Shown here piece by piece: positions 25,740 through 38,015 of a stretch of DNA of 64,000 bases; within the stretch, counting starts at the first letter, position 1; every line of letters starts with the position of its first letter. Position numbers and translations under genes: made by a program. The stretch comes from Scyliorhinus canicula. Taxonomy: Eukaryota. Below the pieces are notes generated by a model that had not been told where the DNA came from, searched no databases, and saw nothing but the letters and a program-made list of their open reading frames with translations. Where the stretch lies: positions 1 through 64,000 of the forward strand of contig NW_024055909.1 in NCBI RefSeq assembly GCF_902713615.1, read 5' to 3'.

Positions 25740-26310
25740 TGCTAAAATAACACTAATCGAAAGGGAAAAAAATATATTCATATAACATGACCTTCTCGCA
25801 TCTCTCAAAATCACCTCCAAGCACTTAGTGCATATCCAATGAATTTCTGAAATATACGTTGTCTCATTAATCTCCTCTGCACCTCTCTGGTGCAATCGCA
25901 TCCTTCCCATAATGTGACGACCAGATGTGCACAAAATACTCCATCTTGTGGTTAACCAGCGTTTTATGCAGCTCCATAACAACTTCCCTACTCTTATATT
26001 CCATGCGTCGGCTAATATAGACAAACATCCCATATGTCATCCTCACCACCTTAAGTCATTGTCCTGTTGCCTTCGGGGGTCTACGGACATGAACCCAAGC
26101 TTCCCCCTTGCTTCTATACTTCTTGGCGTCCTGCCGTTCATTGTGTATTTTCTTGCATTGTTAGTCCTCCCAAAATGCATCATCTCATTCTTTTCAGGGT
26201 TAAATTTCATTTGCCACTGTTCTGCCCATCTCACCCGTCCGTCTACATCATCCTGCAATCTAAACCTTTCCTCCTCGCTATTTAGAACACCGCCCATTTT
26301 CATGTTGTCG
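25740..26310 (-). mobile_element. CR1 LINE RT fragment
   Basis: MFADNMKMGG...LQDDVD...WAEQWQMKFNPEK, LHKTLVNHKMEYFVHIWS. Confidence 0.85.
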
Positions 26311-26612
26311 GCGAACAATGGTTGGGGATGGCTCAGGGGACTGGAAAGCCAGAACCCACTGGATTCCTGATCCAGCTCTGGGATAGGTGTGAACGGACTC
26401 CCAGTGCAATGGATTGGACCTGGGTCAGAGAAAGTAATAATGAGTAGAATCCAGATTTAAATAGTCAAATCTCATTCCTGACATTGATGTTTTGATATAC
26501 AAATCAATAATTACAGTGTTAATGTAAGCCTACTTGTGACATTAAAGATTATTATATTATAAACCTTAAGTCCATCCAGTAACCCCCATTCGGAAACGGA
26601 TTGAACAGAATC

Positions 26613-26854
26613 CACCAGCAGAGGGCGCAAAGCCCAAGCATGATGATTGGAAAGAGTCATGAAACCAACAACAGAGGTATCCTCAGTGATGTCACAATGG
26701 GCCTGACCCCCTGCTGTGACTGGGCGGAACAATGAGCTGAACAGAACCCGGGTTCTCTCGCCTTCCAAAAATCTGACTCATTTCATTCCCATTCACTGAG
26801 CGATTCAATCAGACACGTTTCTCATAATACTGGCGGTGCTCTTGAACAGTAAGT
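26613..26854 (+). pseudogene. Orphan promoter + leader exon of the V4/V5 family (ATG>ACG, no V exon)
   Basis: CTCF motif 26613-26629, decamer 26685-26694, leader 26815-26848 ACGTTTCTCATAATACTGGCGGTGCTCTTGAACA|GTAAGT. Confidence 0.85.
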
Positions 26855-27094
26855 AATACATTATACTCATCAGTACAGTTTAACAGATTGATGAGAATTT
26901 ACGCACACTCATACAATTAATTGAGGTTTACCTCCATCAGCCGGGTTAATTTCATCCCAGCCCCACGGAGAACAAACATTGGCAGATTTGTTTATCCTTC
27001 TGCTCTTTTGATGCTCTACATTGACAGGCAGACTATTTGCAGAAGCCGTGTTTAAATGGGCTTCATGTCCCTCCCGCTCGATTTCTTCTCAGTG

Positions 27095-27503
27095 GCTTGA
27101 ACAGTGAGCAGGTGCAGGATGGTCACAGTCTTCTGCAGATTCATCCCTTCCTATTTCTGCTCCGAGTGCAGCTGAGAGTCAGCACACATGTCACTCTGAG
27201 TCTGCGGTATCCCCGCCCACAGCTTGCGGTTGCTGCTCTCGCTCTGACCCAGTTGTGTCAGTGGAGAAGTTGATGTCGCTGCCATTGGCTGGATCAGCAG
27301 TGCAGTGTGACGGGGGTCTGCATTTCTGCCTCTGCCATTGGCTGGATGAGCAATGCATTGTGACGGGGATCTGTATTTCTGTCTCTGGGGAAGAACATTT
27401 ACAGACAATTATAGGCAACACGCTGATGTCTGATCGCGCACTGTATCTTTGTGCCTTGCAGCCCCTACATTGCTACAGATATAGCGGGTCCCGTACAAAA
27501 ACC
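27095..27503 (+). pseudogene. Internally deleted V6-family gene: promoter module fused to the V 3' end and RSS
   Basis: Module 27095-27385 directly followed by IIGNTLMSDRALYLCALQP; heptamer TACATTG 27466-27472, 22 bp, ACAAAAACC 27495-27503. Confidence 0.85.
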
Positions 27504-27966
27504 CAACAGTCAGAGTTCCAGTTAGTGCTCAGCAAAGAAACAATAATCCAGCCTCCATAGTGACAGTCACAGTAGGAGACCATTAGAAAATTGCAACAAA
27601 TCGCGCCCTACTGCACAGTACCCCAGATGTGATCCCACTCATACCCTCTATAACTGAAGCATAACCTCCATGTTTTTGTGATGAATTCACCTCACAATAA
27701 ACAACAATATTCTCATTATTTGCTACACCTGGAAACTGACGTTTGTGATTCACGCACTTGGACACCCAGATCCCTCTGAATCTCAGTCCACTGCAATTCC
27801 TCAGATAATCAGCTATACAGATAATTCCTCAGATAATTTGTGTATCTACTTCCCAAACTTAAAAAAATAATATTTTCCAGATTATATTCTGTTCGCCAGA
27901 TCTTTGACTATTCACTTACCCTGTCCATGCCCTTTTATAGACCCCTCAGGACCTCTTGAACAGAAA

Positions 27967-28328
27967 GGGCAGCAGGGTAGCATGGTGGTTAGCATAAATG
28001 CTTCACAGCTCCAGGGTCCCAGGTTCAATTCCCGGCTGGGTCACTGTCTGTGCGGAGTCTGCACGTCCTCCCCCTGTGTGCGTGGGTTTCCTCCGGGTGC
28101 TCCGGTTTCCTCCCACAGTCCAAAGATGTGCGGGTTAGGTGGATTGGCCATGCTAAATTGCCCGTAGTGTCCTAATAAAAGTAAGGTTAAGGGGGGGGGG
28201 GGTTGTTGGGTTATGGGTATAGGGTGGATACGTGGGTTTGAGTAGGGTGATCATGGCTCGGCACAACATTGAGGGCCGAAGGGCCTGTTCTGTGCTGTAC
28301 TGTTCTATGTTCTATGTTCTATGTTCTA
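27967..28328 (+). mobile_element. Young tRNA-derived SINE
   Basis: Near-identical to the 7165 and 55237 copies; (TTCTATG)n tail. Confidence 0.9.
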
Positions 28329-29275
28329 TCTCTCTCTGTGGTCAGCAGACTGAGCAACTATACCGTCCAAGTCATTTATCTAAATTGTAAACATTCGAAG
28401 CCCTAGTACTCACCACATCCTGACAAACAGAAAAACAATCCAGTTTGATGTTCGTTGTGGATTTCAGGAAAAGGTTACAGAAACACAGATCCCGGGACTC
28501 CTGCTGAGGCAGCAATAACAAACTGGGAAAGATCTCCGCTATCACAGGGCAGAAAATGTGTACAGAGTTTGAACAAGCTGTCGTCAGGACGGCAGCTCGC
28601 AGCGTTACCGCATGTACTTTGTCGATAATTTGCAGTTGATAACAGGAAATACTTTGGGACCTGCTCGCCCTCTGGCGGGGTTCCCAGTGGGAGAGATTTA
28701 CATGGGCAGGAGGGATGAAATGGTGTACATTTACTTTTTGGGCAATATCCAATGGCAATTCTTCAAAAGCCGTTTTTCAAACCATAAACTGTCGAATTAT
28801 CAAAGAAGATTGAATGATGTTAAAAAAGGCCGTTTTACATTATTTATGAGTCACTTCATTTATAATTTTACCTGATCGTTAACTCTAATTTTACCTGATC
28901 GTTATATTTCACTTTTTTACATTTTTCTTTTCATTGTTTCAGAATGTTCTGTGCTGTTTACGTATTCTTTTTTCACTCGTTCCGATTTGTGGCGGAATGT
29001 GGCGACTAGGGGCTTTTCACAGTAACTTCATTTGAAGCCTACTCGTGACAATAAGCGATTTTCATTTCATTTTCATTTCTTTCATTTCATTTTCATTTAC
29101 ATGTTGACGTTTCCCTTTTCTTCGACATGTGTTCAACTCTCTTCATATTTCACCCTCTTTAAATCTTCCGCTTCTATATACGTGTTGTTGTCATTCCCGC
29201 TTCCCATGGAATACAACACCCCGCTTCATGAAACGCCGATATTGCAGAAGCGAAGCGGCTTTGTAAGACGGTGCA

Positions 29276-29647
29276 GGTTTTTGTATGGGGTCTCCCTCTG
29301 TTAGTTACACTGTGCCTCACAGCGCAGAGATAGGTGGCAGCGTCTGTAACATGCGCCTCTCTCACAGTCAGGATACTGAGCTTGTTGTCTCCACCGATTG
29401 AAGCTGTAATCCTCCCGTGTTGATCGGTTCCTCTTGTGGCCATCACCAGATGCTGGGGTGACTGGTTCGGGTACTGTCTGTACCAGAGTACGAGGTTAAA
29501 TGCTATACTGCTGGTGCAGTTCATGGACACATTACCCGCTTCACTAACAACCATCCACCCAGGGAGCTGCTGCACCTCAGCTTCTCCGCTCACCTCCGTG
29601 CAGATCAGAGTGAAACACAGCAAAATGCCTGTGTGAACCCGAAGCAT
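29276..29647 (-). CDS. TCR alpha-like V segment (V7), apparently functional, leader and V in one exon
   Basis: Single ORF 29647-29315: MLRVHTGILLCFTLICTEVSG-EAEVQQLPG...SMNC...VLWYRQ...DAATYLCAVR; consensus RSS CACAGTG 29314-29308, 23 bp, ACAAAAACC 29284-29276. Confidence 0.9.
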
Positions 29648-29863
29648 TATCAGTTCACACGGAATACCGAGCTCGGCTCAGAACCAGAAGGTGAATACTA
29701 TATTCTGAAAATTTAACGAGGAGCCAAATACTAACTTCGGGTTCACTCAGTGACGTGTTTCTGCTGAACTAGCTAAATAAGCTGAGTATTCCTTAAGCTT
29801 TAATCACCCAGTCTCCACGTTTCACCTTCATCTCTGCTGTCCAACGATTGCGGTGCCCCTTTG

Positions 29864-32800
29864 CTCAGTCACTCTTCATGCAGCGTGGTTGCACACTCCT
29901 CACTCACTCTTCCTGCAGTGTTGTTTCACACTCCTCACTCACTCTTCCTTTGGCGTTGTTGCACACTCCTCACTCACTCTTCCTGAAGCGTTGTTGCACA
30001 CTCCTCATTCACTCTTCCTGAAGCGTTGTTGCACACTCCTCACTCACTCTTCCGGTAGCGTTGTTGCACACTCATCACTCATTCTTCCTGAAGCGTTGTT
30101 GCACACTCCTCACTCACTCTTCCTGCAGTGTTGTTGCACACTCCTCACTCACTCTTCCGGTAGCGTTGTTGCACACTCATCACTCACTCTTCCTGTGGCG
30201 TTGTTGCACACTCCTCACTCACTCTTCCTGCACCTTTGTTGCACACTCCTCACTCACTCTTCCTGCAGTGCTGTTGCACACACCGCACTCACTCTTCCTG
30301 CAGTGTTGTTGCACACTCCTCACTCACACTTCCTGTAACGTTGTTGCACACTCCTCACTCACTCTTCCTGTAGCGTTGTTGCACACTCCTCACTCACACT
30401 TCCTGCAGAGTTGTTGCACACTCCTCACTCACTCTTCCTGTAGCGTTGTTGCACACTCCTCACTCACTCTTCCTGCAGTGTTGTTGCACACTCCTCGCTC
30501 ACTCTTCCTGCAGTGCTGTTGCACACTCCTCACTCACTCTTCCTGCAGTGTTGTTGCACACTCCTCACTCACTCTTCCTGAAGCGTTGTTGCACACTCCT
30601 CACTCACTCTTCCTGCAGTGTTGTTGCACACTCCTCACTCACTCTTCCTGCAGTGCTGTTGCACACTCCTCACTCACTCTTCCTGCAGTGTTGTTGCACA
30701 CTCCTCACTCACTCTTCCTGAAGCGTTGTTGCACACTCCTCACTCACTCTTCCTGAAGCGTTGTTGCACACTCCTCACGCACTCTTCCTGCAGAGTTGTT
30801 GCACATTCCTTACTCACTCTTCCTGCAGTGTTGCTGCACACTCCTCACTCACTCTTCCTGAAGCGTTGTTGCACACTCCTCACTCACTCTTCCTGTAGCG
30901 TTGTTGCACACTCCTCACTCACTCTTCCTGCAGCGTTGTTGCACACTCCTCACTCACTCTTCCTGAAGCGTTGTTGCACACTCCTTACTCACTCTTCCTG
31001 CAGTGTTGTTGCACACTCCTCATTATCTCTTCCTGCAGTGTTGTTGCACACTCCACACTCACTCTTCATGCAGCGTTGTTGCACTCTCTGCATTCACTCT
31101 TCCTGCAGTGTTGTTGCACACTCCTCACTAACTCTTCCTGCAGCGTTCTTGCACGCTCCTCACTCTCCATTCCTGCAGTGTTGTTGCACACACCACACTC
31201 ACACTTCCTGCAGCGTTGTTGCACTCTCTGCATTCACTCTTCCTGCAACGCTGTTACACACTCCTCACTCATTCTTCCTGCAGCGTTCTTGCACACTCCT
31301 CACTCTCTCTTCCTGCAGCGTTGTTGCACACTCCTCTGTCACTCTTGCTGCAGCGTTGTTGCACACTCCTCACTCACTCTTCCTGCAGTGTTGTTCCACA
31401 CTCCTCACTCATTCTTCCTGCAGCGTTGTAGCACACTCATCACTCTCTCTTCCTGCAGCGCTCTTGCACACTCCTCACTCTCTCTTCCTGCAGCGTTCTT
31501 GCACGCTCCTCACTCACTCTTCCTGCAGCGTTGTTGCACACTCCTCACTCACTCTTCCTGTAGCGTTGTTGCACATTCCTCACTTACTCTTCCTGCAGTG
31601 TTGTTGCACACTCCTCACTCACTCTTCCTGTAGCGTTGTTGCACATTCCTCACTTACTCTTCCTGCAGCATTGTTGCACACTCCTCAGTCACTCTTCCTG
31701 CAGCGTTGTTGCACACTCCTCACTCACTCTTCCTGCAGTGTTGTTGCACACTCCTCACTCTCTCTTCCTGTAGCGTTGTTGCACACTCCTCACTCACTCT
31801 TCCTGCAGCGTTGTTGCACACTCCTCACTCACTCTTCCTGTAGCGTTGTTGCACACTCCTCACTCACTCTTCCTGCAGTGTTGTTCCACACTCCTCACTC
31901 ATTCTTCCTGCAGCGTTGTTGCACACTCCTCACTCACTCTTCCTGCAGCGTTTTTGCATACTCCTCACTCACTCTTCCTGTAGTGTTGTTGCACACTCCT
32001 CACTCACTCTTCGTGCAGCGTTGTAGCACACTCCTCACTCTCTCTTCCTGCAGAGTTGTTGCACACTCCTCACTCACTCTTCCTGCATCGTTGCTGGGCG
32101 CTCCTCACGCACTCTTCCTGCAGCGTTGTTGCACACTCCTCACTCACTCTTCCTGCATTGTTGCTGGGCGCTCCTCACGCACTCTTCCTGCAGCGTTGTT
32201 GCACACTCCTCACTCACTCTTCCTGCAGCGTTGTTGCACACTCCATGCTCACTCTTCCTGCAGTGTTGCTGCACACTCCTCACTCACTCTTCCTGCAGTG
32301 TTGTTGCACACTCCTCACTCACTCTTCCTGCATCGTTGCTGGGCGCTCCTCACGCACTCTTCCTGCAGCGTTGTTGCACACTCCTCACTCACTCTTCCTG
32401 CAGCGTTGTTGCACACTCCTCCCTCACTCTTCCTGCACCGTTGTTGCACACTCCATGCTCACTCTTCCTGCAGTGTTGCTGCACACTCCTCACTCACTCT
32501 TCCTGCAGTGTTGCTGCACACTCCTCACTCACTCTTCCTGCAGTGTTGTTGCACACTCCTCACTCACTCTTCCTGTAACGTTGTTGCACACTCCTCACTC
32601 ACTCTTCCTGTAGCGTTGTTGCACACTCCTCACTCACACTTCCTGCAGAGTTGTTGCACACTCCTCACTCACTCTTCCTGTAGCGTTGTTGCACACTCCT
32701 CACTCACTCTTCCTGCAGTGTTGTTGCACACTCCTCGCTCACTCTTCCTGCAGTGCTGTTGCACACTCCTCACTCACTCTTCCTGCAGTGTTGTTGCACA

Positions 32801-35533
32801 CTCCTCACTCACTCTTCCTGAAGCGTTGTTGCACACTCCTCACTCACTCTTCCTGTAGCGTTGTTGCACACTCCTCACTCACACTTCCTGCAGAGTTGTT
32901 GCACACTCCTCACTCACTCTTCCTGTAGCGTTGTTGCACACTCCTCACTCACTCTTCCTGCAGTGTTGTTGCACACTCCTCACTCACTCTTCCTGCAGTG
33001 CTGTTGCACACTCCTCACTCACTCTTCCTGCAGTGTTGTTGCACACTCCTCACTCACTCTTCCTGAAGCGTTGTTGCACACTCCTCACTCACTCTTCCTG
33101 AAGCGTTGTTGCACACTCCTCACGCACTCTTCCTGCAGAGTTGTTGCACACTCCTTACTCACTCTTCCTGCAGTGTTGCTGCACACTCCTCACTCACTCT
33201 TCCTGAAGCGTTGTTGCACACTCCTCACTCACTCTTCCTGTAGCGTTGTTGCACACTCCTCACTCACTCTTCCTGCAGCGTTGTTGCACACTCCTCACTC
33301 ACTCTTCTTGAAGCGTTGTTGCACACTCCTTACTCACTCTTCCTGCAGTGTTGTTGCACACTCCTCATTATCTCTTCCTGCAGTGTTGTTGCACACTCCA
33401 CACTCACTCTTCATGCAGCGTTGTTGCACTCTCTGCATTCACTCTTCCTGCAGTGTTGTTGCACACTCCTCACTAACTCTTCCTGCAGCGTTCTTGCACG
33501 CTCCTCACTCTCCATTCCTGCAGTGTTGTTGCACACACCACACTCACACTTCCTGCAGCGTTGTTGCACTCTCTGCATTCACTCTTCCTGCAACGCTGTT
33601 ACACACTCCTCACTCATTCTTCCTGCAGCGTTCTTGCACACTCCTCACTCTCTCTTCCTGCAGCGTTGTTGCACACTCCTCTGTCACTCTTGCTGCAGCG
33701 TTGTTGCACACTCCTCACTCACTCTTCCTGCAGTGTTGTTCCACACTCCTCACTCATTCTTCCTGCAGCGTTGTAGCACACTCATCACTCTCTCTTCCTG
33801 CAGCGCTCTTGCACACTCCTCACTCTCTCTTCCTGCAGCGTTCTTGCACGCTCCTCACTCACTCTTCCTGCAGCGTTGTTGCACACTCCTCACTCACTCT
33901 TCCTGTAGCGTTGTTGCACATTCCTCACTTACTCTTCCTGCAGTGTTGTTGCACACTCCTCACTCACTCTTCCTGTAGCGTTGTTGCACATTCCTCACTT
34001 ACTCTTCCTGCAGTGTTGTTGCACACTCCTCACTCACTCTTCCTGCAGTGTTGTTGCACACTCCTCACTCACACTTCCTGCAGCGTTCTTGCACACTCCT
34101 CACTCTCTCTTCCTGCAGCATTGTTGCACACTCCTCAGTCACTCTTCCTGCAGCGTTGTTGCACACTCCTCACTCACTCTTCCTGCAGTGTTGTTGCACA
34201 CTCCTCACTCTCTCTTCCTGTAGCGTTGTTGCACACTCCTCACTCACTCTTCCTGCAGCGTTGTTGCACACTCCTCACTCACTCTTCCTGTAGCGTTGTT
34301 GCACACTCCTCACTCACTCTTCCTGCAGTGTTGTTCCACACTCCTCACTCACTCTTCCTGCAGCGTTGTTGCACACTCCTCACTCACTCTTCCTGTAGCG
34401 TTGTTGCACATTCCTCACTTACTCTTCCTGCAGTGTTGTTGCACACTCCTCACTCACTCTTCCTGCAGTGTTGTTGCACACTCCTCACTCACACTTCCTG
34501 CAGCGTTCTTGCACACTCCTCACTCTCTCTTCCTGCAGCATTGTTGCACACTCCTCAGTCACTCTTCCTGCAGCGTTGTTGCACACTCCTCACTCACTCT
34601 TCCTGCAGTGTTGTTGCACACTCCTCACTCACTCTTCCTGTAGCGTTGTTGCACACTCCTCACTCACTCTTCCTGCAGCGTTGTTGCACACTCCTCACTC
34701 ACTCTTCCTGTAGCGTTGTTGCACACTCCTCACTCACTCTTCCTGCAGTGTTGTTCCACACTCCTCACTCATTCTTCCTGCAGCGTTGTTGCACACTCCT
34801 CACTCACTCTTCCTGCAGCGTTTTTGCATACTCCTCACTCACTCTTCCTGTAGTGTTGTTGCACACTCCTCACTCACTCTTCGTGCAGCGTTGTAGCACA
34901 GTCCTCACTCTCTCTTCCTGCAGAGTTGTTGCACACTCCTCACTCACTCTTCCTGCATCGTTGCTGTGCGCTCCTCACGCACTCTTCCTGCAGCGTTGTT
35001 GCACACTCCTCACTCACTCTTCCTGCATCGTTGCTGGGCGCTCCTCACGCACTCTTCCTGCAGCGTTGTTGCACACTCCTCACTCACTCTTCCTGCAGCG
35101 TTGTTGCACACTCCATGCTCACTCTTCCTGCAGTGTTGCTGCACACTCCTCACTCACTCTTCCTGCAGTGTTGTTGCACACTCCTCACTCACTCTTCCTG
35201 CATCGTTGCTGGGCGCTCCTCACGCACTCTTCCTGCAGCGTTGTTGCACACTCCTCACTCACTCTTCCTGCAGCGTTGTTGCACACTCCATGCTCACTCT
35301 TCCTGCAGTGTTGCTGCACACTCCTCACTCACTCTTCCTGCAGCGTTGTAGCACACTCCTCACTCTCTCTTCCTGCAGAGTTGTTGCACACTCCATGCTC
35401 ACTCTTCCTGCAGCGTGGTTGCACACTCCTCACTCACTCTTCCTGCAGTGTTGCTGCACACTCCTCACGCACTCTTCCTGCAGCGTTGCTGCACACTCCT
35501 CACTCACTCTTCCTTCAGCGTTGTTGAACACTC
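29864..35533. repeat. 35-bp tandem satellite, ~160 copies, with higher-order duplications
   Basis: Consensus GCAGCGTTGTTGCACACTCCTCACTCACTCTTCCT; identical variant blocks offset by 2345 bp (67 units); other offsets of 2240 and 420 bp. Confidence 0.97.
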
Positions 35534-35762
35534 TGGCCACCCGTTTGACAAGAAGAAGATCCTGATGAAGGTTCTTATGTTATTTTCTAATTTGAAGCCG
35601 TCAAATGCTAACATCCCAACAGTAATAGCAACGTTGAAAACACATGATAATAAATAGCTTTTTTAAAATTCATGTTTGATATCAGTCTTAAAATTATTTT
35701 TGTGGTTCTATATTGGTTCCCTCCATCACGTTTTCTTCACTAAATATACTCACCCAGTCTCC

Positions 35763-35781
35763 CACTGCCCTCTGGTGGCAG
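35763..35781 (-). promoter_or_regulatory. CTCF-binding motif
   Basis: Minus strand CTGCCACCAGAGGGCAGTG, close match to the CTCF consensus. Confidence 0.7.
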
Positions 35782-36502
35782 CTACAATCACTACAATGTG
35801 CGCTTTAAAATACCTGTCCCACTTCTGGAACCGTAAGACCATAAGACATAGGAGCAGAATGAGGCCAATCGGCCATCGAGTCTGCACTACCATTCAATCA
35901 TGGCTGATATTTTTCTCATCCCCATTCTCCTTCCTTCTCTCTATAACCCCTGATTCCCTTATTCATCAAGAACCTGTCTATTTCAGTCCGACGTGTAGCA
36001 ACTGAGGCGCAGTGAGGTAAGAAGCACCCATTTTTGAAGCACTAGCTTCTGGAAGGGAAGTGTTTAAAGGGGCAATTAAAAAGGTAAGTGGGCCAGAAGA
36101 GGCGGGGTATTGGACGGGGGGGGGGGGGCGGTGGGGGGGGGGGGGGGAGGATACAATGGGGAGGGGGGTTCGGTGATCGAACAGCAAGGGAGGGGGTCTG
36201 CTCAGACCGGAGGTGTGTCGGATCACAAAGTGGGGTCGGGTCAGACCAGAGAGGCTCCCCTGGAAGAGAGAACAGGGACGTTCGAATGGGAGGGACGGGA
36301 GTCGAGTCGGATCGGAGGGAGGAGAGTCAGGCTGCACTGGAGTGGGGGGGGGGGGGGGGGGAGGAGTCAGGTTGGACCGGAAGGTTTCGGATCGCACCAC
36401 AGGTAATAAGGTAGGTTCGGACTAGAGGGTCATACGGGGGAGGCGCGTTCGGGTCGGACGGAGGAGGGGGGCGGGTGGTCGGTCGGTTATTGGGCTTCAT
36501 AT

Positions 36503-36842
36503 CATAGAACATAGAACATAGAACAGTACAGCACTGTACTGTACTTCGGCCCTCGATGTTGTGCCGAGCAATGATCACCCTACTCAAACACACGTATCCA
36601 CCCTATACCCGTAACCCAACAATCCCCCCATTAACCTTACACTACGGGCAATTTATCATGGCCAATCCACCTAACCCGCACATCTTTGGACTGTGGGAGG
36701 AAACCGGAGCACCCGGCGGAAACCCACGCACACACGGGGAGGACGTGTAGACTCCGCACAGACAGTGACCCAGCCAGGAATCGAACCTGGGACCCTGGAG
36801 CTGTGAAGCATTGATGCTAACCACCATGCTACCGTGCTGCCC
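36503..36842 (-). mobile_element. Young tRNA-derived SINE inserted in a G-rich low-complexity tract (~36000-37385)
   Basis: Reverse complement of the 27967 copy; flanks are purine/G-run rich and unclassified. Confidence 0.9.
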
Positions 36843-37675
36843 TATCGAGGGGGTTGGTGTTGTTAGTGTAGGGGGGGTGGTTAGGACGGAGGGGACTGAG
36901 TTTAGGGTGGGTCGGAATGGGGGTGTTAATCGGCAGGATGAGGGTCAGACCGGAGGGGAGGGTCAGTCCTGGAATAGAGGGGGTCGGATCGGAGGGTGCG
37001 GCCAAAGCGGAGAGGAGGGGGAGTCGGACAGGAGTGGGGAGCTGGATCTCGGGGAAGGGGCAGGTGGGCCGAAGGGGGCCCAGTCCGGGATGCGGGTGTC
37101 CAATCCTGGAGGGGGTGGGGCGGTCAGTCCTTGAGGGCTGAGGGCTAAACCCGAAGATGCTGTTGGACCGGGTGGCGCCAGACGGGGGGGGGGGGGAGGA
37201 TGGGGCAGGACCAGTCGCACCGGGAGTTTGGTTGGAGCGTGGGAAGGTCAGTTCACAGGTGCGCCTGGCCGGATTAACCCGTGGATGGGGTGGGCGGGCG
37301 ATAGGGGTGGTGCGAAGGTTTTGGGTGCTATGGAGTTTCCTCTGGGTGTCGTGTGTCGGGGTGGGGGCATTCCGTGCGAGGCAGTACCTGTTTTGTTTCC
37401 ATCGTAACTCTGGAATTTGCAGTGTTTTTATTCCCACTAACTATTCCACAGCAACTACCAGGGTCAAACTGCACTCATCCAATGTTCGCGATTTTAATCG
37501 CTCACGTCAGCTGTTTCCCAGCCCAGCGTTATTGTCCAGCGGATGTTAGCGGTTCTGCGCAATTTCTGGGTAAATCCTTCCGTGCGAGCCTCCTGGAGGA
37601 ATCTCCCAGTCATCATTAACACTTCCTAAATGCGACGCCGTGGAACCAGGAAGTTATGGGTCTCTTTTTCGTCAG

Positions 37676-38015
37676 ATCGGAGTCATTGATATTCTGTCAC
37701 TCAGCCTTTATTCCCAAGAGTTAACATCGAAGGAGAAAGGATCATTTTCACCTGTATCTGTAATACTACATGCGGGTTGGGGGCGTGGTGGTAACTGATT
37801 CGAGAATCAACCTGAAACACAGCCTCTGTTCTGATAAAATACCCGCTTTACTTTGAAGATTAAACGGAGTTTGTCAAAACCATCCTTCTGCGCTACTCCA
37901 CAATTTGACAAATTTCACGATTTCACCCTCTGGGCTGCAGCTGAGCAAAGTCGCGTTTATTCCTGTGCCCTGAGACCCACAGAGCTGGGAACAGTTGAAC
38001 CATGGCACAGATACT
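37676..38015 (+). pseudogene. Decayed TCR V
   Basis: SVTQPLFPRVNIEGERIIFTC ... DFTLWAAAEQSRVYSCALRP with stops; heptamer CACAGAG 37978-37984, 22 bp, ACAGATACT. Confidence 0.7.

Noticed and set aside
29864-35533. Satellite as a CRISPR array or an RSS array (CACACTC in each unit)
   Set aside because: There are no unique spacers, the context is eukaryotic, and no nonamer lies 12 or 23 bp from the heptamer-like motif.
29853-35565. Long His/Cys/Leu/Ser-rich ORFs (up to 888 aa)
   Set aside because: They arise from a 35-bp repeat whose plus strand lacks stop codons; all three frames give the same 35-aa period, most starts are non-ATG, and there is no gene structure.
36000-37385. Gly/Pro-rich ORFs in the G-rich tract
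   Set aside because: Low-complexity sequence plus a SINE; no domain signature.
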